Assembly (NCBI RefSeq): GCF_000148385.1
Contig: NC_014537.1
Coordinates: 60,001 to 92,000, forward strand
Source of the DNA: Vulcanisaeta distributa DSM 14429
GTDB lineage: Archaea; Thermoproteota; Thermoprotei; Thermoproteales; Thermocladiaceae
Length of the DNA: 32,000 nt
Direction: 5' to 3'
In this document: positions 1 to 7,745 of the stretch, piece after piece
Numbering within the stretch: position 1 is the first letter of the stretch
How the letters are laid out: every line of letters begins with the position of its first letter
Made by a program: the position numbers and the translations under genes
The notes under the pieces: generated by a model
Database searches by the model: none
Seen by the model: only the letters and a program-made list of their open reading frames with translations
Told to the model about the DNA's origin: nothing

Positions 1-54
1 GGAATTCTCACTGAGGACTTAGTTGTTGCGTTGAGAGAGCTTGGGGGTGTTTAG
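1..54 (+). CDS. 3' end of a gene running off the left edge (…GILTEDLVVALRELGGV*)
   Basis: Frame +1 is open from base 1 to TAG at 52-54. Seventeen codons are too few to assign identity. Confidence 0.25.
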   Translation, partial: GILTEDLVVALRELGGV

Positions 55-100
55 TGCTTGAGACCTAAAATTATTTTGTTTGATCTGTCAAATTTTTGAC

Positions 101-118
101 TTAAAAACAAATAAATCC
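101..118 (+). promoter_or_regulatory. TATA-like box (ttaaaaacaaataaatcc) for the 139 gene
   Basis: The A/T-rich element ends about 21-23 nt upstream of the GTG at 139, the spacing expected for a leaderless archaeal transcript. Confidence 0.45.
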
Positions 119-138
119 AGCGCTTTTTTGTCATATTC

Positions 139-1593
139 GTGCTTGGAAAATACCCAGTATTCCCACCCACGGACCCTGAGTTTGAGGACCCACCAAAGTT
201 AGATAAGTATGATGTTGTTGTTATAGGCGGTGGCGGAGGTGGTTATCATGGAGCCTTTGAGTTGAGTAAGGGTGGTCTTAAGGTTTTGATGGTTGATGAT
301 AAGGGAAATCTTGGCGGTAACTGCCTGTACGAGGGTTGTATACCGTCTAAGTCGGTTTACATGACGATATACCTAATGGAGAAGATAAGGGGTATACTAA
401 ATAGTGTTGGTAATAAGGACATAAATGCGGTTAGGGTTCTTTGGGAGAACGCGATTGATCATAAGGATAACGTCCAATACATTAGGTACTTACAGCACAT
501 TAGGGAGATTAAGGGGCACGAGAATGTGGACTTCGTTAAGGGCATTGCGGAGGTTATTGATGAGCATAGGGTTAGGGTTAGGGCTATTGATGGTTCCTGG
601 ACTAAGGATGTTGAGGCGAGACAACTGCTGATAGCAACCGGGTCAGTGCCGATTAAAATACCTGTACCTGGTGCTGACCTTGCCATTGGAAGCCAGGAAT
701 TATTTGGTTATAAGACGAGTTATAGGAAGATACCGAATGACGTTGTGATTATAGGCGGTGGTTACATAGGTGTTGAGGTTGCATCAGTACTTGGTTCCAT
801 GGGTATCAAGGCAACGATAGTTGAGATGTTGCCTAGGATATTAACTGGTTGGGATAATGACGTTGTCTCTAAGATCGAGGAGAAGCTGAAATCTAAGGGT
901 GTTGAGGTTCTCACGAACTCAAAGGTTATTGGTATTAAGGAGGAGGGTGGGCAAAAGATTGTTGAGTTTGAGAGACCAGATGGCAGTAGGGGTTACGTGG
1001 CTGGTTCTGAGGTTATAATGGCGGTTGGTAGGAAGCCTTATGTGGAGGGTCTCGATAAGTTGGGCATTGTTGAGAAGGGGCATGTTGATGTTGAGTCGTC
1101 AATGAGGACTAAGGCGCCCAATACTTACGCAGCCGGCGATGTGATTGGTAAGTACATGCTTTATCATGCAGCTGTTAAGGAGTCCGTGGTCGCGGCATGG
1201 AATATACTCCACGGCAAGCCCATTTATGAAGTCAACTTCAACTCAATACCAATGGCAATATTCACAGAACCCGAAGCGGCAATGGTCGGTTTAAACGAGG
1301 ATGCTGCTAAGGCTAGAGGTATTAATTATGTAACTGTGTCATACCCGCTTGAGGATGATGCATACGCCCAAATAATGGGTGTTAGGGAGGGTTGGGTTAA
1401 GTTGATTATTGAGAGGGAGAGCCAGAGGATTATTGGTGGTGTTGTTTATGGTGAAGCTGCTTCGCTAATAATTAATGAGATAGCATTGGCGGTATCCGTG
1501 AATGCCAGGGTTAAGGACATAGCACTACTTGCGCATCAGCATCCAACAATATTCGAGGCCATCGATAGGGCGGCCATTAGGTTCTCACTGTGA
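139..1593 (+). CDS. Class I FAD-dependent pyridine nucleotide-disulfide oxidoreductase (dihydrolipoamide dehydrogenase-like)
   Basis: 484-aa ORF with GTG start. Motifs: FAD fold VVVIGGGGGGY, redox-active disulfide GNCLYEGCIPSK, second Rossmann fold VVIIGGGYIGVE, C-terminal dimerisation region with HPTIFE. Confidence 0.85.
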   Translation: MLGKYPVFPPTDPEFEDPPKLDKYDVVVIGGGGGGYHGAFELSKGGLKVLMVDDKGNLGGNCLYEGCIPSKSVYMTIYLMEKIRGILNSVGNKDINAVRVLWENAIDHKDNVQYIRYLQHIREIKGHENVDFVKGIAEVIDEHRVRVRAIDGSWTKDVEARQLLIATGSVPIKIPVPGADLAIGSQELFGYKTSYRKIPNDVVIIGGGYIGVEVASVLGSMGIKATIVEMLPRILTGWDNDVVSKIEEKLKSKGVEVLTNSKVIGIKEEGGQKIVEFERPDGSRGYVAGSEVIMAVGRKPYVEGLDKLGIVEKGHVDVESSMRTKAPNTYAAGDVIGKYMLYHAAVKESVVAAWNILHGKPIYEVNFNSIPMAIFTEPEAAMVGLNEDAAKARGINYVTVSYPLEDDAYAQIMGVREGWVKLIIERESQRIIGGVVYGEAASLIINEIALAVSVNARVKDIALLAHQHPTIFEAIDRAAIRFSL

Positions 1594-1667
1594 TTATATA
1601 TTCATAACTATTTATAATTATTTAAAAGAATAATTATATATTCACTTAATTTAGAAGCCAACTAAGG

Positions 1668-1679
1668 GAAATTAAATCC
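1668..1679 (+). promoter_or_regulatory. TATA-like box (gaaattaaatcc)
   Basis: Ends about 21 nt upstream of ATG 1700. Same AAAT(A/T)AAATCC shape as the box upstream of gene 139. Confidence 0.45.
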
Positions 1680-1699
1680 ATGAGTATGGCGGAAAATGT

Positions 1700-2029
1700 A
1701 TGAGCAGGAAAATCTGGAAGTGCTATAGGTGCGGTGAGGAGGTTGTTGAAGGTATGAAGTTCACGTTCACTAAACAAGGTCCAATTCATTGGGAGTGCTT
1801 TAGGGCTGAGGTCAGGGATAGGTTCAATGGAAGTATCCCTGAGGACGTGAATATAATGCTTGAGTTATTGGATTATCTGGCGGATGGTATTGTTAAGATC
1901 AAGGAGCTTGAAACCAGGGCTTCCTCAGACGAGTTAAGGCAGGTACTCATGGCCAGGAGGAAGATTATTGAGGGTGAAATGGCTAAGTTAATGAGTGAAT
2001 TGAATAAAGTGCTTTATGGAAGTGCTTGA
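1700..2029 (+). CDS. Small Zn-ribbon plus coiled-coil protein (DUF2175-like, from memory)
   Basis: 109-aa ORF. N-terminal CYRCGEEV…x19…HWEC (CxxC…HxxC) metal-binding knuckle, then a helical, charged C-terminal half. Confidence 0.6.
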   Translation: MSRKIWKCYRCGEEVVEGMKFTFTKQGPIHWECFRAEVRDRFNGSIPEDVNIMLELLDYLADGIVKIKELETRASSDELRQVLMARRKIIEGEMAKLMSELNKVLYGSA

Positions 2030-2055
2030 TCATATCTTAGTATTTATGAGGAACG

Positions 2056-2063
2056 TTTAAATT
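2056..2063 (+). promoter_or_regulatory. TATA box (tttaaatt)
   Basis: Lies 23 nt upstream of GTG 2086. Confidence 0.45.
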
Positions 2064-2085
2064 CTAGTACTTAACGTATTAAATC

Positions 2086-3222
2086 GTGAGTGAGAACTAT
2101 TTTGATAGGATTAGGAATGTTTATGCGAAATTGAATAGTATGTTCTTTAAGTATGAGAATGAGGTCCTTGGGGCATTAATGGCTACCTTGTCCAGGGAGA
2201 ATTACCTACTAGTTGGTCCGCCAGGTACTGCAAAAACAACGTTGGTATACGCATTATCTAAACTGCTAAATGCCAAGTGGTTTTATAGGCAGTTAACGAA
2301 GTTTACGGATCTCGAGGAGATCCTAGGCCCAATAAACATTGCTAAGCTTTTGGATGGTAAGGTGGAGAGGATATACGCGAACTCAATAGTGGAGAGCGAG
2401 TTTGCACTGCTTGATGAGATATTCAATGCATCAAGCGCCATATTGAACACGCTATTATCCATACTCAATGAGAGGGTCGTTTATGATGGTGAAAAGGTGG
2501 TCCCAGTGAGGACCTGGACAGTCTTTGGCGCAAGCAATAGGATTCCCGATGAGGAGGAGTTACAGGCGCTCTATGATAGGTTCCCGCTAAGGGTCTTCAC
2601 CGAGTGGGTTAGCCCTGATGATACTGAGCCATTGATAATAAAGGGTTGGGAGTTAAGGATGGACCTGGAAAGGATGGAGCCCCTGGCTACCATGGACGAC
2701 GTACAAGCCGTTAATAAGATAATTACGCAATACGTTTATGACCACATAAAGGATATATCAAAGATCATAAGCCCAATAATAGCCAATTACGTTGAGCACA
2801 TACCGATTAGTAATAGGACTAGGGTTAAGGTGCCAATGTACGTAGCCACGTACTTAATGCTCCACGGCATAGACATAGGCCGTGCTGAATTAACACCATC
2901 ACTGTTAAGGGTGGGTACGATAAAGGTGCTTAGATACTTAGTTAATAATAAGGATCAATTAAATGAATATACATCATTCGCAACAGTACATATGCCAGAG
3001 GACTTGTTAAGACTAAGCGAGCTGCTCAGTGAGGCAAAGGCCCTAATAAATAATGAGGTTTATGATGAAGCAAGACAAAGAATAAGGGATGCCAAGGAGC
3101 TACTAAACCAGATAAGGAGTAAGTGGGATGCGGTAATGGTTAAGTTGTATACCGATGAGATAAATGAATTGGAGGATTTACTAAAGAAGCTAGAGGAGGC
3201 ATTAAGCGAGAGTAGGCGTTAA
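2086..3222 (+). CDS. MoxR-family AAA+ ATPase, RavA-like
   Basis: 378-aa ORF. Walker A GPPGTAKT (2215-2238), Walker B LLDEIF, then NASSAILNTLLSILNER and ALYDRFPLRV. These closely parallel E. coli RavA (GPPGIAKS / [22 protein letters not shown] / ALYDRMLIRL). The C-terminal ~90 aa looks coiled-coil. Confidence 0.85.
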   Translation: MSENYFDRIRNVYAKLNSMFFKYENEVLGALMATLSRENYLLVGPPGTAKTTLVYALSKLLNAKWFYRQLTKFTDLEEILGPINIAKLLDGKVERIYANSIVESEFALLDEIFNASSAILNTLLSILNERVVYDGEKVVPVRTWTVFGASNRIPDEEELQALYDRFPLRVFTEWVSPDDTEPLIIKGWELRMDLERMEPLATMDDVQAVNKIITQYVYDHIKDISKIISPIIANYVEHIPISNRTRVKVPMYVATYLMLHGIDIGRAELTPSLLRVGTIKVLRYLVNNKDQLNEYTSFATVHMPEDLLRLSELLSEAKALINNEVYDEARQRIRDAKELLNQIRSKWDAVMVKLYTDEINELEDLLKKLEEALSESRR

Positions 3223-3230
3223 TTTATGGT

Positions 3231-3599
3231 TTACCTACGTAATCGTAATATATCACGTATAATGGATATAACGGCATTCATAAGCCTAGGCGGCGCATTG
3301 TATAATCTCATATCCGTTAATACATCGCTTAATAATTCATTTAATTCCTCAACAATGACACCAGAACCCTCCAATTCCCTTAACTCCTGACCCAACACCC
3401 TAAGGTATATGTACGAGACCACAAAAAACCTGGACCTAAAGTCATCACCCTCACTTGGTGGGCAATTAAGCATGTTAATAGGCTCTTCCCTGCAAATCTC
3501 ATTAATGTCAATACCAAGTTCCCTCAGGTAGTTAATCAATAATTGTGGTTCCCTTACCATAGCCCAGAAGGATTCCCTGACATTAACCACAAAGGTCAC
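3231..3599 (-). CDS. Hypothetical protein (122 aa)
   Basis: The ORF's GTG start overlaps the stop of the upstream GT2 gene (GTGA, 3596-3599). No motif recognised. Confidence 0.5.
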   Translation of the reverse strand: MTFVVNVRESFWAMVREPQLLINYLRELGIDINEICREEPINMLNCPPSEGDDFRSRFFVVSYIYLRVLGQELRELEGSGVIVEELNELLSDVLTDMRLYNAPPRLMNAVISIIRDILRLRR

Positions 3600-4780
3600 T
3601 CAAGCGGTCTCTCCTTCATTAATCTTATGGCATCCATCACCGTGAATTCACGGCCCCTCCAATTAATGGATTTAGTAAACATAGTCTTAATTATTGCCAG
3701 CCAGGAAAAGTAAACATTCAATATCGAGATTAGTGCCAGGAGCGTTGAATAACCTCTCGTTATGTTAATGCCATAAAATCTGTCAAGGGCCTTAATGCCA
3801 CTTATCCTAATGTAATCCTTAACCACACCAAAAATAAATGGTAAAAGCCCAGGTACTATGAACCACGCATTAATGAATGAGAGGGCTATGGCTATGGGCA
3901 GCGTAACTACATACAATGTGTAGGATGCGGCATATAGCAGGAATCCCCTAAATCCGTAAACCCTGACATACCACAACTGCCTAACAGACCAGGTAAAGGC
4001 CTCCTTAATGCTTACATCCTCGAGCGTCAGGACTAGGGACTCAGGGACAAAGTCTATGGCTAAGCCCTCCCTATGTACGAAGTGCGTGATTACATAATCA
4101 TCACTCAGGTAATAAGGCAGGTAATCACGGATCCTCCACTTATCCAATATCCATTTCCAAATAGCCGTGGAGCCACCCCAGGTGAACCTAGCCACAGGGT
4201 TCTGCATCGCCGTGATACCAATCATGTTAAAGCTAGCCCTTAATAATGAACCAAGGCTAAGCCTCCTGAGTGGTACGTAGAATCTATACGTTGTGGCGGC
4301 GCCCGAGCCTTTAACCAGCGAGGATACCAAGTTCCTAAGCCAATGCCTATGAACAAGGGCATCACTATCGACGAAAACAACAATTTCACCATCTACGTGA
4401 CTTAAGGCAAAGGCCAAGGCCTCACCCTTACTACGTCCACCCCTGTTAATTAATACCGAGGCATCAACATTAAACCCTTTAATCAGGTCCTTAATGATGC
4501 CGTATGCCGGGTCATCATCGCTATCGAGTACGAAGATGTAATTCCTACGGCCTGGATAATCCTGATCCAAAACACTGGCTATATTACCTTTAATGTTTTG
4601 ATCCAAGCCTCTCACGGGCATTATCACGGTTACCCAGGGATAATTACCATTAATCAATTCACCAGCCCTCCTCCTACCCCTCCAATACTTAATCTCGAAA
4701 TATAGGGATAACAATGATGATAATACAGATGCAATAATTATCAATACACCGAGAATTACCAACGCTAATAATATCATCAT
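3596..4780 (-). CDS. Membrane glycosyltransferase, family 2 (GT21/ceramide-glucosyltransferase-like architecture)
   Basis: 394 aa. N-terminal TM helix, VTVIMPVRG…LDQDYP, DSDDD, DxD in VFVDSDALV, and several C-terminal TM helices. Confidence 0.75.
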   Translation of the reverse strand: MMILLALVILGVLIIIASVLSSLLSLYFEIKYWRGRRRAGELINGNYPWVTVIMPVRGLDQNIKGNIASVLDQDYPGRRNYIFVLDSDDDPAYGIIKDLIKGFNVDASVLINRGGRSKGEALAFALSHVDGEIVVFVDSDALVHRHWLRNLVSSLVKGSGAATTYRFYVPLRRLSLGSLLRASFNMIGITAMQNPVARFTWGGSTAIWKWILDKWRIRDYLPYYLSDDYVITHFVHREGLAIDFVPESLVLTLEDVSIKEAFTWSVRQLWYVRVYGFRGFLLYAASYTLYVVTLPIAIALSFINAWFIVPGLLPFIFGVVKDYIRISGIKALDRFYGINITRGYSTLLALISILNVYFSWLAIIKTMFTKSINWRGREFTVMDAIRLMKERPLE

Positions 4781-4812
4781 TAGGGGTTGTTGTGGTAACG
4801 ATTTTTAAGTTA

Positions 4813-5691
4813 TTACTGCTTGACCAACACTTTCAATACGGCGGCGAAGTCCTCCTCGGAAAGACCCATCCTCTCAGCAATTCTATAGAGCTGAAGGGCT
4901 AATGATGCCATCGGTATTGGGACACCGCGTATCGAGGCCTCCCTATTAACTATATCAAGGTCCTTACGCATGTGCTTAAGGGCAAACTGAACCGAGTAAT
5001 CCCCACTAAGCATTTTGGGGACCTTTAACTCAGACGTCGGTGATCTGGCACTCGATAATTTAGTCAATACGTCTAGGATTACAGAGTCATTGAGACCGAA
5101 GGCCTTACCCAACTGAACAACCTCAGCCAAAGCGACGACATACGAACCAAGCAAGGCATTGTTTATTAACTTCGCATATAGCCCGTAGCCATTCGGTCCC
5201 ACGTGAACTATGGTTTTAGCTGTATACTGTAGGACCTCCCTAGCCCTATTAAACGCCTCATCAGAACCACCAACAAGCACCACTATCTCCTTTCTCTCAA
5301 CGGCTATGGACGTACCAATCACTGGGGCATCAACCATTTCACTACCCCTGGACTTAATGGTATTGGCGAGTTCTATTGAGACGCTTGGCGATATCGTAGA
5401 CATATCAATTACTAAAGAGCCAGGCCTTAAACCACTCAGTACGCCGTCACTGCCCGCAATAACATTTCTAACAGCCTCATCATCGCTAAGCATTGTGATT
5501 ATTACGTCAGATGCCCTGGCAAGCTCACTCGGTGTCTTAAATGCCTCAACACCAAACTCCCTACTAAACCTCAGGGCTTTATCAAACGTCCTATTATAAA
5601 CCCCAATTAGTAAGCCCGCATCCCTTAAGTTCTTGGCGATTCTCCAACCCATCACGCCAAGCCCTGCCAGTCCAACCCTAATGTTGGTCAT
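4813..5691 (-). CDS. NAD(P)-dependent beta-hydroxyacid dehydrogenase (3-hydroxyisobutyrate / 6-phosphogluconate dehydrogenase-like)
   Basis: Rossmann motif VGLAGLGVMG lies directly after Met at 5691. The longest ORF extends to 5748, but a TATA box at 5716-5724 sits inside that extension, so ATG 5691 is favoured. Confidence 0.8.
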   Translation of the reverse strand: MTNIRVGLAGLGVMGWRIAKNLRDAGLLIGVYNRTFDKALRFSREFGVEAFKTPSELARASDVIITMLSDDEAVRNVIAGSDGVLSGLRPGSLVIDMSTISPSVSIELANTIKSRGSEMVDAPVIGTSIAVERKEIVVLVGGSDEAFNRAREVLQYTAKTIVHVGPNGYGLYAKLINNALLGSYVVALAEVVQLGKAFGLNDSVILDVLTKLSSARSPTSELKVPKMLSGDYSVQFALKHMRKDLDIVNREASIRGVPIPMASLALQLYRIAERMGLSEEDFAAVLKVLVKQ

Positions 5692-5715
5692 ACCACGCCC
5701 AGCGTTACTCCCTGG

Positions 5716-5724
5716 TTTAAATAA
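5716..5724 (-). promoter_or_regulatory. TATA box (minus-strand ttatttaaa)
   Basis: Lies 25 nt upstream of ATG 5691. Confidence 0.5.
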
Positions 5725-5762
5725 CAATCTCGGGCTGTAATTATCCATGCATGGAGTAAGTG

Positions 5763-5773
5763 ATTTATAATTT
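5763..5773 (+). promoter_or_regulatory. TATA box (atttataattt)
   Basis: Lies 22 nt upstream of ATG 5795. Confidence 0.5.
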
Positions 5774-5794
5774 CTAAGTCATAGACATGACCTG

Positions 5795-7471
5795 ATGCGG
5801 TATAAGTGGGTTGTCCTGTCTAATACCACCATCGGTACATTACTCGCATTCATGAATAATACAATAGTCATAATCTCATTACCAGCCATATTCAATGGAA
5901 TTAGGATAAATCCACTAAGTCCAAGCGCATTCCAGTACTTACTATGGGTTTTAATGGGTTATAGCCTAGTCACCGCATCACTCCTAGTCACACTGGGCAG
6001 GCTAAGTGATATGTACGGTAGGGTGAGGCTTTACAACCTTGGCTTCCTAATATTCACAATAGGCTCAGTACTACTATACCTCACACCAAACACTGGCTAC
6101 TTAGGTGCACTGGAGATCATAATCTTTAGGTTAGTCCAAGCCGTGGGCGGCGCATTCCTAATGGTTAATAGCGCTGCCCTACTAACGGATGCATTTCCAC
6201 CCAATGAAAGGGGCTTTGCATTAGGCACTAACCAGGTGGCTGGCTTGGCTGGTAGCTTAGTCGGGCTAATAATTGGTGGTGTGTTGGCGACCTATGACTG
6301 GAGGTACGTATTCCTCGTATCAGTGCCTTTCGGAGTCTTCGGTACCGTATGGAGCTACTTAAGGCTCAGGGAGATTAGGAGACCAATTAGGGAGGAGATT
6401 GATTGGCTAGGCAACCTAACATTCGTTGTTGGGCTAACCCTCATCCTACTTGCGCTGACCTATGGACTCGCGCCCTACGGCTCATCACCACTGGGTTGGG
6501 ACAGCCCATTGGTGTTAGTCTCCTTCGCACTAGGCTTCGCATTCCTAGCATTATTCCCACTCATTGAGACCAGGGTTAAGGCGCCCATGTTCAGGCTTGA
6601 GTTATTTCGAATTAGGATGTTTACGGCAGCCACGATAGCGACAACCCTCAGGTTCCTGGCCTATGGAAGCCTAATGATAATGCTAACCCTCTGGCTACAG
6701 GCCATTTGGTTACCACTCCATGGAGTACCTTACACCGAGGCACCGCTTTGGGCCGGCATATACCTAATACCATTAATGTTGGGCTTCCTACTTACGGGCC
6801 CGGTGAGTGGTTGGCTCTCGGATAGGTATGGGCCCAGGTTATTGGCGACCCTCGGCATGGTCATAATGGGCATTGGCTTCCTAGTCCTAGCCTCAATGCC
6901 CTACAACTTCCAGTACTGGGTGTTTGCGCCGGTCATCTTCATGATCGGTGTTGGTAACGGTATGTTCTCATCACCAAACACAGCCTCAATAATGAACAGT
7001 GTACCCCCACAGCACAGGGGTGCTGCGAACGGCATGAGGACTACGCTCCAAAACACTGCTCAGGCGATAAGCTTTGCCCTGGCCTTCACAATAGTCATAT
7101 TGGCATTCACGAATTACCTACCACAGGCACTGGCTAATGCACTGTCCAGTGCGGGGGCCACGGCATTAATACCGTACATAACCAGGATACCACCAACCGT
7201 AGCCCTATTCGCGGCATTCCTGGGCTATGACCCAATAAGGACCATGCTCTCAATGATACCGCAAAACATAATAAATGACACACCACAGCAGGCAATAAAC
7301 ACAATAACTAAATTAACCTGGTTCCCAAATGCCATAGCCCCAGCATTCATGGACTCACTACACATCCTCTTCTACATAAGCTCAGCCCTAGCCTTCACAG
7401 CGGCAATAGCATCAGCATTGAGAGGACAAATATACATATATGAGGAGGAGCCACAATACGCAAGTAAGTGA
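5795..7471 (+). CDS. MFS transporter, DHA2 (EmrB/QacA-like, ~14 TMS) family
   Basis: 558 aa and highly hydrophobic. N-terminal [16 protein letters not shown] and [11 protein letters not shown] loop motifs typical of drug:H+ antiporters. Confidence 0.8.
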   Translation: MRYKWVVLSNTTIGTLLAFMNNTIVIISLPAIFNGIRINPLSPSAFQYLLWVLMGYSLVTASLLVTLGRLSDMYGRVRLYNLGFLIFTIGSVLLYLTPNTGYLGALEIIIFRLVQAVGGAFLMVNSAALLTDAFPPNERGFALGTNQVAGLAGSLVGLIIGGVLATYDWRYVFLVSVPFGVFGTVWSYLRLREIRRPIREEIDWLGNLTFVVGLTLILLALTYGLAPYGSSPLGWDSPLVLVSFALGFAFLALFPLIETRVKAPMFRLELFRIRMFTAATIATTLRFLAYGSLMIMLTLWLQAIWLPLHGVPYTEAPLWAGIYLIPLMLGFLLTGPVSGWLSDRYGPRLLATLGMVIMGIGFLVLASMPYNFQYWVFAPVIFMIGVGNGMFSSPNTASIMNSVPPQHRGAANGMRTTLQNTAQAISFALAFTIVILAFTNYLPQALANALSSAGATALIPYITRIPPTVALFAAFLGYDPIRTMLSMIPQNIINDTPQQAINTITKLTWFPNAIAPAFMDSLHILFYISSALAFTAAIASALRGQIYIYEEEPQYASK

Positions 7472-7505
7472 GACCAACGTCCCGGCATAGGCAATGAACA
7501 AAAAA

Positions 7506-7513
7506 CTTAAATT
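7506..7513 (+). promoter_or_regulatory. TATA box (cttaaatt) for tRNA-Val
   Basis: Lies 24 nt upstream of the tRNA 5' end. Confidence 0.5.
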
Positions 7514-7536
7514 CTTCATGAAGCCAACAATTACCT

Positions 7537-7614
7537 GGGCCCGTAGTCTAGCCTGGTTAGGATGTCCGCCTTACGAGCGGGAGGTCCCGGGTTCAAGTCC
7601 CGGCGGGCCCACCA
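7537..7614 (+). tRNA. tRNA-Val (anticodon UAC), CCA encoded
   Basis: Hand-folded cloverleaf: acceptor GGGCCCG/CGGGCCC, anticodon stem TCCGC/GCGGG, loop CTTACGA, T arm CCGGG-TTCAAGT-CCCGG, discriminator A, CCA. 78 nt. Confidence 0.9.
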
Positions 7615-7745
7615 CACTTATTGCTCCCTATTACTGCTAAGAGTTGGTTGCATTGCTTCATTAAGGGTGCACGCCTCACGAGAATCACCACGTATACCGC
7701 ATCTAAGGGCGTTGTATTTAATAATTCGAGACTGCCGTGAGTAGT

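Noticed and set aside
1680-1703. 7-codon upstream ORF (ATGAGTATGGCGGAAAATGTATGA) overlapping the ATG of the Zn-ribbon gene
   Set aside because: It lies at or upstream of the position where the TATA box (1668-1679) predicts transcription to start, so it is probably not on the mRNA.
5210-5599. Antisense ORFs of 120-142 aa inside well-supported genes (5210-5599, 11961-12350, 12809-13183, 27742-28170, 29868-30230)
   Set aside because: Each lies wholly within a gene whose product has clear family motifs. Their translations are low-complexity S/L/T/P-rich with no motifs.
7615-7736. Search for an att-like partial duplicate of the tRNA-Val or tRNA-Ile 3' end that would delimit an integrated element
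   Set aside because: I noticed no third copy of the GGTTCAA(G/A)TCCCGG core anywhere in the window by eye, and no integrase is present. A computational repeat search would be needed to be sure.
7562-7744. 60-aa ORF overlapping tRNA-Val, and 66-aa ORF (11405-11605) overlapping tRNA-Ile
   Set aside because: Both are explained by the tRNA genes. The ORFs read through structured RNA sequence and are spurious.
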